Positions 45,868 to 58,366 are shown, counted from the stretch's first letter. The stretch is DNA of 64,000 nucleotides from Paramoeba atlantica (GCA_977017575.1 CDRNVI010000001.1:246579-310578); one strand, 5' to 3'. The notes: generated by a model not told the origin, from the sequence alone. A program made the numbers and translations.

Positions 45868-48800
45868 CTACGGGCGCCGTAGGCTCTCAATATAAGTACC
45901 GATGGAGGGCAGTGGTGTCAAGTCTTCAGCGCTGGATTTTCTCGTGAAGGGATCTGCTATTTGGGCGTTGGTAGGTACCCACTTTACTTCCAGGTTAGTG
46001 TTTGATGGGATGTACTGCATCCACCTATTGGCAGTGAAGTTAGTGCTTGCCCGCCTCTGGAGGGCCATGGCCACAGGCGCGTTGTCGACGTTCAATAGAA
46101 TGTCCCGATGTCCTTTTCTGACTGCTGCCATAATTCCACCAAGAGCCGCACTCAGCTCTGAGTAGAATATATGGGCTCCGGGCTTTGTCATGCCCTGTTT
46201 TGCAGTTTCGAGAATGCCTTGATTGAACAACAGAATAGCCCATGCGATTGAACTGGCATCAGTCCAAACTTCCACCTTTTCTTCTTTGGGTGTATGACCT
46301 ATCTTTTTTAACCAAACATTTCGCTTGAGTGCGGAAAATGCATCAGTCAGTTCGCCTAACAGGTGGTCGGTCGGAGAGAAGGAGATCTCCCAAGACTTTC
46401 GTCGTGCACTTTTCTGGCAACTTTTCCTAGTGTTTGAAGAAGATGTGCAAAAGTGCATAGTGGGATTTTCATAACCGTGGCCCTCCACATTAGTAAACCA
46501 GAAAGCGTATACAGTTCCACCGCTGTCCACGTCCCATTCCCGATTATGTCATTGTATCTTGAATACGCCTTTTCAGTCCACTTTTCTGACATGCGGTACT
46601 TCTTATTTTTTAGATCAAATTCAATACCAAGTACGCACGCTTGCTGTAGTGGCTTCATGGTGAGATCATCTACTTCTAGTTGAACTGCGTGGACTCGGGC
46701 GCGAAATTCTTTTGCATGGTTTTCTACTTCTGACTTGGATTTTCCGAACAAAAGAAAATTGTCTACCCAGGCCAATCCAATGTCCCGGACAATGCGATTT
46801 GAAACTCGCTGTGCAATAGTCGGGGCCCATGACCATCCCATGGGCATGGAAGAAAATTGAATACTGCATGTTTCTCCTCTAGCGTGACCTAAAACCGCTC
46901 CAAAGTAGGATCGGATCTCGGGAGCGAGGGAAAATTGGTAAAAGTAACTCCGTGCGTCCGCGTGAGACATCCATTCCGAATCTAGCAGATTTTGAATCAC
47001 GTTATGTATGGATGGTAGGTGCATTGCGGGGGGGCATTCGAAAACTCGGTTGAGTTTCCTACAATCGCAGATTAGACGAAGTGTGAAGTCTTTCTTCGGA
47101 ACTGTAAAGGTACGATGTACTACTATCGGTCCTTCGGTCTTCTCTACAACCCCCATGCGTAATAAGTCTGGTAAATGATGTCTCATAAATCGAGACACTG
47201 GTCGATTGCCTTTAGGTGCACGCAGCATGTGCGCGTGAAAGGCGTTGACGTTCTGTAGTAGATGTAAAAAGTCTAGGCTGCCATCGTCATTCATATTGTT
47301 CAGTATAGAATATGACAGTCTTGTGGTTGTGATAGGAGCTATTATTCCCTGATTTTTGTACGCTCGCACGCTCGGTGGTCGGGTGAGCTGCCCGCGAGAC
47401 ATAGACTGATTGTTTGTGTCTTCAATTTTCTTCGTTGCAATGTTAGCAATGTCCGTTGAATTATGCACGTAGATAGGTTCGGGATTCGGTTCGCCTATAA
47501 TGTTATCGCTGTCTAGCGTGATCTTACCGATGTGCAAGGGGAACCTACCTTGTAATTGACGTTTTAGTATGTAAACAGCTGATTTAGTTTTCTTGTCATG
47601 TCCTTTGGTGTTTTCTGGGTTCACAGTAATTTTGTCGCGTCCTGTAGCCCTAGGGACAAGGCCACTTCCAGTCGAGGGAGATATATCCACAATGTCTCCA
47701 GATCTTTGTGCTTGGCCAACAGCTGTATTACCGACAGTGGAACTCCCTCTCTGAGGAGTGATACTAGAGCCCCTCTTTTTACAGAATGTGCCGACAACTC
47801 TGCTTTCACCCGCTTCAGCACGGCATTGGCTCTCAGCGTCGATAAAGTCGTGAACTTGTCTTCTGGCTTCAGCTTGTCTAATTGGTCCATGAAGATTTTC
47901 CACTCCGTCAAGTTGCAAGTCATTGGAATAGCAGTCCCTACTCTGAAGGGATCCCCTTTGTGAGTCGGAAACGTTACTCCCAGTATTCTCCGCTCGAGAT
48001 CTACCACTTGTAAATCTAATTTCCTCAGATGTTTGACATCGTCTATTCTGCTGCATGTCTTCCACGCCAAGGTCAGGCCCGCGGCTTCGTCCGGAAGCAG
48101 CCATTCGCACGCCTCCAATACTTGTTCGCGTGTAGCCGGGGGCGCCTGATGCTCCGGTATTTGAGCCCCTTGACGCTGAAGGGATCGCATATAGGCTGTT
48201 ACTGTCGACTTTTGCAATTGACCCCCAGATCGGAATATGATTTGTATCAGACTCTTTGCATACGTATGTGCGGTTTGGATGCTGATGGTACCCCGTTGAG
48301 TTTGCGGATTGATTAGTCTCATTTTCGACTCCAAGAAGCATATTATGCACCAATCTTCGCTTGGAACGTCGTTTCCGAGATTTTCCTTCCAAACTGTATA
48401 CTGTTTGTACACGCTGGAAAGGTGATTCCAGCGCGAGTTGGATTTCTCTTCTAATAGACGATCCTGGCCTAGAGATAGATTTGTTGAACGTCGACTGTAG
48501 GAATCGCGGCTCTTGTTTCTCTGTTGCCTTCCACGCGGTCGAGGAAGAGGTCTTCGATCTCCAGTAAGTTCTTTGCTCTTGATCTTGTTACTATCCCTGT
48601 AACAGCCCTGTTGCTCGTGGAAGGTTGCTTGTGCTGAGTACTTCGGACATGACTGGTAGTGCCGGCGCCGGTTGTGGTTTCCGTTTGATTTCCGTATGTT
48701 TCGTTTCCCTCTTCTTGAAATTGATTTTTTATGCCCCTTAATAAATATATTTCCAGAATATTCTTCACTGTAAAGATTATTGCCCCTAATGTTGATAGTT

Positions 48801-49254
48801 CTATTATATTGCCCCTTATATAATCTATTGTTTCTTGGACTAAATTTCTGTTGAATTCTTCGAGTCAGAATTTTTTCCCTTGCGGTTTTGTCATCGGGCC
48901 CGCGTTTCGCCCTGTTCGGTCGTTTTTTGTATCCATGGCTTTGATCATTGCAGGTAGAATTTTTCCCCGCAGTCCCCCGGTCGTTTTTGCTTCTTCAAGA
49001 GCCTGTGCGAAGACGCGGCAGTCCCCATGTTGAACGCGAACTTTGTAAGCAACCAACGCCGCCAATATGTTGTCCCTGACCGCCATGTTCCCGTCTGATT
49101 TCCATACAAGTCCCATTTTCATTGAGTTTCGCACCCAAGCCAAAAATGCTAGCAACAAATCGTTCTTCCGATGCTCGCCTTGGTGATAGCGTGGGGCATT
49201 GCGTTCGGCAGCTCCAATACCAAAGTAGCGACGCAAATGAGCGTCCAATTCCAC
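45868..49254 (-). mobile_element. YR retrotransposon (WVDN family): gag core 48865-49254, YR 47621-48412, pol 46356-48392 + RNase H 45868-46390
   Basis: YR: WKTCSR, HSVKRG, AKH and Y. RT: FTVPKK, ADARSYFYQF, MPMGW and WVDN. RNase H: WTDAS, SELSAA and ADPFTR. Frameshift near 46390. Confidence 0.88.
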
Positions 49255-49266
49255 AAAACTACGATC

Positions 49267-50498
49267 CTAGGTGTAGAATATTATATTGAACAACGTATTA
49301 GATTGAACAACGTCATCATGGAGCGAGCGTACGTTAGTTTGGTTTGTGGTGCTATCGTCAGAAGCTGGATGAAGGTTACCGTGTGTATAGGGTTCATAAC
49401 TAGGTTTCTTGTGGTGCAAAAGTTTTGGAACCTTTCCCAGAGTCTTGCACGCGTGGCCCACGTGCTCACGCTCCACACCCCATCCATACTGTCCAGCGCA
49501 ATTCGGATTTCTGGCGTTATACGGTTTACATTCATCACTAGTTTCAATAATTCCTTGCGCGTTTCCTTCTTGAATTTCAAACCGAGAGTTCCCTGATATG
49601 AACTCCCACAAGTAATCAATCTGCCTTTGCAATCCTCTACATTCTGTGCATTGTGATATGCTCTTTTCCTCTTCCTTGGCGATGTTTCTGACGTCGGGTA
49701 CAGAGTTATATTTTGCCCGGGAATCTGCAAAATTTATTTGACGTGCACTTCTTTTCCTCGTAGTTATCGTTCCGTGCGTATTTTTTTGAGGCATGGTCGG
49801 AACACTGGCGATTATGGGACGGGCGTTTCATAACGACTTGGCACCTGTGCTGGTGCTGCCAGCCGTCCTCATTCGAAAATCCTGTTGCAATCCCCGTTTA
49901 TACGGACAATCTCGTATCATTTGGTCGGGAGATCGGCAATGAAAACATACTGGGCGATACTGGAGAGTTGTCCCGAATTGTGCGGAAGGCTGACGATTCT
50001 GGTATGAATTCCCCAGCCACCCGTGAGCGAAAATCCTGCTGGAAACGTTTCGGACAATTACGCCATATACATGTATGGTCCGGCGATCGACATCCATAGC
50101 ACAACAACGCCGTTCTGCGCTGGTGAAAGTTCTGACGTGGAGAACCCTGAATGGGTCTTGTTCCCGAAGTAGCAACTGTAGATGAAAAGGCATTAACTCG
50201 CGCAGTGTGCTTTTGACGCGAGTAAAACTGCAGAAGACGGCCGTGGCAACTTCCGTTGTTCAGTTACGTTAATCGCAAAGTAATCTATCTCCGGATGTGG
50301 AAAACGGTATTCCTTTGTCGGTTTATCATCCCACACCCCCCACAACTCCAAGCCATCTTTGCGCACCTTTCCGTTCACGGTTGTTATACCACCACTCGAG
50401 TCATCTTTACGTCGAAATCTGGCTTCCACATGAAGTGAAGGAGCATCGTCCTGACTCATCATCAATTTTTCCCATACCATCGTACATACGAGGCTCAA
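49267..50498 (-). pseudogene. Chimeric 5' fragments of YR elements related to the 12337 element (gag N-domain, two knuckle+DFR ends, start of YR/pol overlap)
   Basis: CYGCRSPDH and CFHCRSPDQ knuckles. WSVSTWATRARLWERF matches YR 13662. Confidence 0.8.
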
Positions 50499-50776
50499 TT
50501 CCTGCTTGGAAAGCGGCTCGGTAGGCGCGGCGGCTGTTCAGCAGGCGAAGAACTGCGGGACTGTCGAAGGGATCGTGTACAGGGACCTTCGATGACGGGC
50601 ATGGAAAAAACTTTTGTCGCGAAGATTTTCAAAAGGTTACTTAATCTACGTAAACATAAAACATTAACACGATCATATAACAGATTGATTTTACAATTAG
50701 GTATAATGCCCCTCGGCCCATCGGTCAAGCCACAAAATCCGACAATATTTTATTCGTCCAATTCTTACCGTAAACT

Positions 50777-51855
50777 TTAAGACAAGACTTTATGCCATAT
50801 GCAGTTCCTCTCTGGATACGTACTTTCTGCGTGGTCTCGAAGTAATTCACGATAAATTGCTACTGCGCATGGTATAAATTCCGGGCTTACTGTGCGGAGG
50901 GTTGGCATTGGCTCATGGTCAAGATCGTAATTTCGGTTCCGCATAATTGTATTATGTCCCCAACCGTCAAGAGAGGCGTCTGTGTAAAGGGTCGCAAATC
51001 GCTCTGCTTGTGGTTCCATATAGCGCTGAGGATTGTTCTTTCTTATTTCCCTTGTCCATCTATTCAGTTGCGCGAAAACTACGTAGGAGAGCCTTACCGT
51101 GTCCGATTCGTGCATGATCCCTTGGTTCAATTTTGAAATTTGACGCTTAATAAATTTAATCGCCCAGTAATATTTGGGCATTACGATTCCGAGCACGGCA
51201 GACGCATACACTAGCCTGGCGCATAAGGATTCAAATTCGTGTAATGGTGCGTGTGAAGCGACGGTTAAGGGTATTTTATGAAGGAAACGCTGACTCAGTT
51301 TATACTCCTTTGCATTATGGTCGTAATCAACCCCAAGAAAGTTGTAGTTTGTGCCTTCTGAAGACTCTTCAGTTTTAAAGGTAATGCCTAATTTTTTAGC
51401 TCGATCGTCGACAAAAAGTTCGTAGGCCGAGACTTCATCTTCAGTTCCACAGTAACGTATGCCATCGAGGTAAATGTCCAGTTTAGAGGTATCAAAACCG
51501 TGTAAATCCATACTATCATTACTGTATTCCACATGTCCCGCTAATGTTGACGTTATAATTTGTTGTATTTCCGGCGCACAGGAATGCCCCATTGGCATAC
51601 GAGTCACTTCATAAGTAGCTGGTCCCCAGCGAAAACGATAATAACAACGCGCCTCACGGGGTAACTCAACTTGAAAAAATCCAGCCTTCAAATCACGTTT
51701 CATAGCAGTTCCATGAATTATCTTGTTTACGTATGAAATCGGCTGACCTATGGGTACATGGGCAATGTATTCGTTGTCGAGCGCTTGATTCTGATGTTTT
51801 GGCCAACAGATAAAACGGCGACGAGGACCTTCCCGTTCTTCATAAGTTGTGAATG
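50777..51855 (-). pseudogene. YR-element RT (YLDG) plus RNase H start, fused to a CRE-A segment
   Basis: KRDLKAGFFQ, MPMGH, IYLDG and YTDASLDGWG, then DLDHEPMPTLRTVSPEFIPC, which matches CRE 32473. Confidence 0.85.
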
Positions 51856-52740
51856 GTTGTTGTTGTTGTTTCTTGCACCCTTCTGGCCACCAACAGGCTA
51901 TGGGCCCTCTACCCTCCACGAGAGGGGGGCCCGACGGCTCGGATGTTACTCCGATGCGTACGACCGGTCCTTGCGGACCGGCGGGCGAGCCAGCCGTAGC
52001 AAGCCACGGCTGGCGCTTCACAGAGGACGGGAGTCGGAGACGCAGCGTGGCTAGGCCACACACTGACCAGCGGTCCCTACGAGAGGGGCAACCGGTCCTC
52101 CGCGCGCCTTCAAAGAAGGTGGGTACAAGATCTTTTTTTCAACATTTTACGTAATGCATTCCTCTGTTTTGCGCTTCCTTTCTCGTCTTCTTTGTATCTC
52201 TCTATCGCTTCAGACCAGGTGGATTTGTTTTGGGCTGCATACTTCCATGTCAGCATGGGAATACCAACTCGATCGCAAGCAGTTTCGACCGTCTGTGCAT
52301 ATACAGATTTGCGAAGAGACGTTTCTTGGCCTGTAAAAGTGCCGAATAGTATTTTGTTCGGGTGTCGAGTTGCATCCATCCGTGCTACATGTCCGGCGAA
52401 ACTAAGTACTCTAACGGTGGTAAGTGAGTGGAAAGGCTCCATGATGATGATGATGATATATCAGACCGTTTGTCTCCGTAGAGATGTGGTCTCCTACTTC
52501 CAGCGTAGGTCGCTGTGCGGGGGTTGATGATCTATGCATCACTGCCAACACGAGAGAGCAGAGCTCTCGACCATACAGGCAGCCTCCCGACTTGAGGGGA
52601 CGTAGAGTACACTGAAGTACTCGTTGACCGGCGGTCACTAAGTTGTTGCCAACTCAGTGAGGACCAATCCCCCGCACGGAAAGGCTCCATATCGAGTTGT
52701 TTCAGCATTTCCGAGTTACTGATCCGTTTCCATGCGGGAG
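51856..52740 (-). mobile_element. 3' end of an RTE-like LINE: ORF C-terminus, structured 3' UTR and (CAA)n tail
   Basis: ISNSEMLKQLD-MEPF...LSFAGHVARM...RHPNKILFG once the SINE is removed. GC-rich hairpins at 51880-52060. Tail at 51856-51871. Confidence 0.75.
52443..52677 (-). mobile_element. 235-bp structured SINE-like retroposon with (ATC)n tail
   Basis: 13-bp TSD GGAAAGGCTCCAT at 52430-52442 and 52678-52690. Removing it restores the RTE frame. Confidence 0.88.
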
Positions 52741-52760
52741 TGTTGCTATCTCCATGCGGG

Positions 52761-53147
52761 AGTGTAAACTATGCGATCGGGGAATCCATCGCCAAACACA
52801 AAAAGAGAATCCACATACTTGATCACCTCGGACCAGGTCAGGGACTGCACCTCAATAGCAAGAAATGTGAGATCATCACCTTAGCCTCATCTGCACACCA
52901 AACATCTCTTTTCCCAGATACCAAAAGACAAGCAAAACACAGAAGGAAATTTCGACATCCTAGGAAGCCCTATCGGATCCCACGAACACTGCGCCGAATA
53001 CCTCATGACCAATGCGATCGAACCAGCAGAATATACTTTAGTTGCTTCCAGTTTAATTGAGGACCAGTTTAATTTCTGTACCTTGTTGTCGTAAATGGAT
53101 TCTCTTTTTGTGCTGGCGATGGATTCCCCGATCGCATAGTTTACACT
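52761..53147. other. CRE-C RT fragment plus SL fragment enclosed by ~53-bp inverted repeats
   Basis: Inverted repeats at 52761-52813 and 53096-53147. 52814-53065 is a close copy of about 25507-25760. TTTCTGTACCTTGTTG at 53073-53088. Confidence 0.8.
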
Positions 53148-53199
53148 GATAATGTGGTTATGATAAGGCCTTAATATTATACGTACTACCCGCAGCTCT

Positions 53200-53280
53200 C
53201 CTCGCCTCTCTCCCCGCCGCGCTCCCCGTCGCACTCCCCGCCGCGCTCCTCGCCGTGCTCCCCGCCACGCTCCGCGCAGC
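53200..53280. repeat. Degenerate 12-bp GC-rich tandem repeat (CTCCCCGCCGCG)
   Basis: About six units read directly. Confidence 0.75.
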
Positions 53281-53377
53281 GCATCCCTCCCGCCGCCATT
53301 CACGACGATCCTCCCGTCGCGCTCTGCGCTGCTCTCTCCGCCCCCCTTTCTTTCTCCGCCTTTTTTTAATCGAGCTT

Positions 53378-53480
53378 TTAAAGGAGCCTTGTCGTACTCT
53401 GCGTTCCTAAAGCTCGCGCGGTGTGCTCGTTCACCCCCGAGTATCGTAGCAGGGAAGGGAGCCTGCAATCCGATCTCGGG
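53378..53480 (-). pseudogene. YR extreme C-terminal fragment
   Basis: LLRYSGVNEHTARALGTQSTTRLL matches the C-termini of the 7405 and 10305 YRs. Confidence 0.7.
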
Positions 53481-53657
53481 CACATTTCTCCCGTTGGAAT
53501 CCTATGAGCTTTTAAAAAGAAGGAATTAACGTGGAGGATGAGAAATGTTTTCCTTCCCCCCTTCTCTCGCTTCTTTGAGAGAAAACTACAACCGCACATC
53601 TCTAACTATATATTAAAAAACGAGTGTAAGAAATCTATTCTAAAGAAATTAAAGCTA

Positions 53658-54676
53658 CTGTCCCCCCCCTACTTATGCGCAACCGTTTGACCCGGCCACT
53701 TAAGCGCAATTTTGACGCATCGTTCAGAAGAACAGCGCCGCAAAGCGGCGCAATTTTTTGTTTTGTAGTACGAATTTTTGTACAGATTTTCGCCGCTCTT
53801 GAAATGGCGAGTCCCTTTGGGCGTTCAAAAATGATCTCCAGCGATCTCCTCTGATCCACACTGATCTCCACCGGTCTGTACGGCGAGTCTTTGCATACTA
53901 TACTGTACTGTACATCAGAGGAACTCTCCTGCCACGTACTGTACGCTTTTGAAATGATCAGCGCACCAGCGTGCGGCACCGCCTAGATGTGGGGCGGGTA
54001 AAGATAGCGTGGGTAATTGCACTACAAGTGCATGATAAACTAAACTTTAATTTATAAATTTATTTCGGACCCACGCTCTCAAAAGTCCGTTCTTTTCTTA
54101 CAATTGATCGGGTGCTCGCAAAAAAGGCACTTACCTCGTGATGTGGTCATTTGCGGGCATAAGTAACCATACAAGCGAAGTACTGTACCTCCTCCCTAGT
54201 TATCTCTCACACGTCACCCCCTGTCCGACTGATCTTCCAATGAATCGGTAAACACTTGGAACCTCGAAAAAATACCCACAGCGTTCGCACCCGGTCGCGA
54301 TCTGTCGTTACCGATCGCGATTGGTTGCCACCGTTCGACAACGAGCTACAGGTACCGTCTGCACCCCTCCACTGATGGTACTAACGCCGACCAACTACCA
54401 TTTTCATTAATTATATTTTATAGATATAAAAATGGGCGAAGTATAAAGGGGGGGTCACAGTAATTATAACTAATTTTTTTTATAAAATAGATTTATAGAA
54501 ATTAGAGGGGGAGTATATAAAAAGCAGCCCCCCGGGGCACCCCGCGTACATAACTCATGATTAAAACACGCGGCGCGAAGCGGCGCGAAAATTTTTTTTC
54601 ACCCCCTTTTTTGACCCGGCTACTTATGCGCAATTTTAGGCCAAAACCTGGTTGCGCTTAAGTGGGGGGGGGACAG
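53658..54676. mobile_element. ~1.0-kb MITE-like DNA element with ~27-bp TIRs and TA flanks
   Basis: TA|CTGTCCCCCCCCTACTTATGCGCAACC ... GGTTGCGCTTAAGTGGGGGGGGGACAG|TA. Subterminal repeat TTTGACCCGGC.ACTTA.GCGCAATTTT near both ends. Confidence 0.85.
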
Positions 54677-54678
54677 TA

Positions 54679-55056
54679 CACCCCCGCCAAAAAGTATTGT
54701 AATTTATTAGTATCGACCACGAATATTTGGTCGATACTAATAAATACAATACTTTTTGTCGATTTCCACGAGTTGCTACTGGCTTCCAAAAAGTTGGACT
54801 TTATCATATGGGATCCTTGTAAACGTATAGTGAAGCACAAAAACAGGTCGAATGGAAGTTGCGTCTTGGATAAGCTCTGAAACGACGCTCTCCACGATCA
54901 AGTGGCCGCGTATATCAGAACTCATTATGTAAATTTCTGGAAAGTTCGAGAAAAAAACTAAAATTCTGGTCAAAACTCAAAAAAATGGTCGATACTAATA
55001 AATACAATACTTTTTGTGTCGGCTATTTTTGTGGACAATACTTTTCGGCGGGGGTG
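54679..55056. mobile_element. 378-bp MITE with ~22-bp TIRs and TA flanks
   Basis: TA|CACCCCCGCCAAAAAGTATTGT ... ACAATACTTTTCGGCGGGGGTG|TA. Internal repeats GTCGATACTAATAAATACAATACTTTTTGT x2. Confidence 0.88.
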
Positions 55057-55079
55057 TATATCTAGAAGCCATAGGTATC

Positions 55080-55450
55080 CTCCTCTGTACGGGGCTCCAA
55101 GAACCGACGCAACTGGCAGTTTAGCACTGCCCCATTCTACTCTTGCAAATGCAGCGCAAAGTCTCGTTCAACCGCCTGCGGATTCATGGACGATTTATCG
55201 GCCAAAATGTGTAGTAGCTCTCTTGTGTTGGCGTGGAGTGATCCGCTTGCAAGGATGGGTAAGCACCGAAAGTTGTCCTCTCTTAACATTTTGGTCGCCA
55301 TGTACTTGGTGCGTTTCCTCGTGATCGCGTCTTGGAGTGCTTTTGCTGGCTTGGTACCGAGAATGGAAGGAGCGAGCTCGTGTACGACTGTAAGGTCGTA
55401 AAAGATCTCCCCTGTGGCCCAATATATTACCAAATCGGGGGCCAGTCACG
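55080..55450 (-). pseudogene. CRE endonuclease (REL) fragment
   Basis: GPDLVIYWATGEIFYDLTVVHEL...LPILASGSLH. Confidence 0.85.
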
Positions 55451-55530
55451 TCGGGTCCCAGTGACTCGGCGTCGGGGCCGGACGCCCCATAAAACTGTAC
55501 GGGGACGTAGGGGACCGCACAGTTCAGATA

Positions 55531-58366
55531 ATGGAAAATTTCCTCGGCGCCGGCCGATCCCCTTACCAAAATATTCAGAGTGCAAAATCAAATTTTATAA
55601 ATCAGATTGAGAAACCCAAGACTGTAAATATACTGCCTGTTACAGAAGAGACTGCTTGCAAATTCATTCAAAAAGCCGAGAGTGTTTTCCGCGAAAAATT
55701 TGCGGAAGAAACAAGGGACATTATGCAGAGACTCTGGCGGCGCTACCAGAGTTTCATCCAGTTGCTAACTGCGTACGGCCATATATTGGAGGAAGAAGCT
55801 TACCTAGCCACGTTCGCACTTTACCTCAACGAAGAAGAGACCGTAAAAGGGCAAACAGTGGTTCAATACTTGTGCCATCTTGTGAACGAATACGACTTGC
55901 GGGGAATAAAGTTGCGGGGTGCCAAAGTAGAAGCGCTAAAGTCAGCTATGCACAGGCGTGCCTCCCCCGCTGTACGGGCGAACCCGCTGACGTTTACGGC
56001 CGTGAAGCAGTTACTACTCGGGGGCTCCTTGACGGAAGAAAAAACCTTCATTCGATCTACTGGATTTCGGGACAACGACCCGGAGATTTGATAAAACAAG
56101 AAGTGCAGCATATTGCGATGAGGAACGAGAACGAGGAGCTACAATTGAGCATGTGGATGTATCAACTGTGCAAAAATACCGGAACCCAAGAGCGGTTGAC
56201 ACCTCGCTGCATACGCATGACGGTACCAGAATTTTGGAAGGCAAGAATATATAAAACGGTTTGGAAAAGTCGCATGTTGAGCAAAAAACTTCTGTTTCCG
56301 AACGTAAACTTGCGTCATATAGACGAGGTGCTCCGAAAACTTCCAGTGCAACACCAACACCCGCTGTTGAAAGAGAATTACACACTTTACTCAATTCGAA
56401 GAGGATCACTCCAACATCTCGCCTCTGCCGGCGTAAGTGCGCAAGAAATTCAAAATCTAACAAGGCATGTATCAGAGTCGTCTCTGAGGGCCTATCTGGG
56501 ATCATACCTCGACCCTCGGGCGATTCAGGGAATAGCGGTAACGAAGAAATTAGCAGAGGAAGTTTCAGTTCATCCCGAGCATCCACCGCGCACGAATCTC
56601 TCATTCCAGCCCCACGAATCCAACAAGGGTTTGCCCATTCCAAGTCCAAATACATCGCTGCCGGTCGAACACCAGTTTCCACTGATAAAGACACCGGAAG
56701 ATATCGCAATGCCAGAGCAAGATCCGTCCCCACGAAACGGTGGGAAAGAAATTTTACACGCTCGCCAACAGCCCTTATTGATCAGACGAGATTTTCCAAT
56801 GGCGACGCCTTGCCGCAATCTTTCCCCCCCGACGTGGGACCAGACAAATTCAGATATGCAAACACCTTTTCCCGTAGAGATCGAAAATCCGCAGGGGCCT
56901 TCGTCAAAGATACGCGAAATCGATCCGGAACCGATCGAGGTAGATCCCCCTCTAGACCTGGACGTCCTTCACACCTTAACTGGCGAAGGTCATACAGAAT
57001 CTCTTTTGTTTCGCGACAGCGAAATCACCCCGGGTCAGACAGTCCCACCTCCACCCCAGACTCCGCCTGCCATTCGGGGTATCACTCCAACAGTGGCTGA
57101 CAGACACAGCATCACTCCAAATGGAAGTCAACCGGAGAAAATGACGACGCCACCAGACCCCGAGGAATTAGTGCCAGGTACCCCTACTAGGTGTAGGCAC
57201 CTCTCCTTGGGCGATTCTCTACGAATTTATCACCTATCATTACGCCCACTTTCCTCGGCGCTTAGGAAAAAATGGAGAGAGAACACGTCCCTCCTCACAA
57301 CACAGCGACTGGCCGATTGACCATATAGGCTCGACCAGACTTAATATCTCGGAAATTAAAAGATTAGCGCGGGAGCAAAACATGCCCGACGAAGGAGAAA
57401 TTTTGAATTATTTACTCAACGGGACAAAATTTTTATCACTCCTAAAGGAAACCCGTGACCCTCGTTATAGAGGCGAATCACGTGCACTCTTGCCTCATGC
57501 GGCAGAAATGGTCAAAGCTGGGGTCCTAAAACGAATTCCGCGACGATCGGTTAAAGTCTGGCTTACTTCGTTCCTAGTCCCCAAACCCAAGAAAAAAATC
57601 TATGAGACTGATACTAAACGCTATTCCTCTCAATGACATGCAGGAAATGATTCCAGGACCTTTGAAGCTCGCAGGACTTGAAGACATCGAGAGACTCGTG
57701 CGAGAGAATGCTTTCTTCTGCGAGACCGACGGAAAGAACTGGTATCACCAGTTCGATTTACCGCCGGACGCTTTGCCATATTTCGGAGTGCGAATCGGGG
57801 GAAAAACGTACGCTTGGGCTACGCTGCCGATGGGATGGCAAGCTTTGGTCAAAATCGGTCACGCGGCTACGAATATTATTTATGATATGAACAACACTAA
57901 TACAAATGCGCTGACCTTTATCGACAACGGGTACTCTTTCGCAGGGGATGTGCCCACGTTAGTTTCGACCTTAGAAGATATCCAGCACCGGGCGGAGAGA
58001 GTGGGTGCGGAGCTCGTGGTAAGTACGGAACCTGCTCGGACTGGTGTAATTCTAGGCATCCAAGTGGACCTAAAGGAAAAAACGATATGCTTACCTCCCG
58101 TTTTTCTAGAGAAACTTAGGGCGTTGCGCTCTTCCTCCATCATTCTAAAGCGTAATAAGCTTTTCCCTTCGCATCGCCTTTTGTGGAAGGTTCTTGGTAC
58201 TCTATTTTGGGCCGCGAGGGTGTTGGGAATCCGTCAATGCGAATTTCTTTCCGTAATGCTATGGATCCGCGGAAGAGCACGCCGCCTGTCTCGAAACTTT
58301 TTTCTCTGGGATAAACCGTGCCACATGTCAGAAAGCTTCATACACGATTTGGTTGTGCTAATAGTA
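55531..58366 (+). mobile_element. YR retrotransposon fragment (FIDN family): frameshifted YR (about 55531-56520) and RT (about 57300-58366)
   Basis: YSIRRG...TRH...RAY. DPRYRGES, ETDGKNWYHQF, TLPMGW and LTFIDN. Homopolymer frameshift near 57598. Confidence 0.82.
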
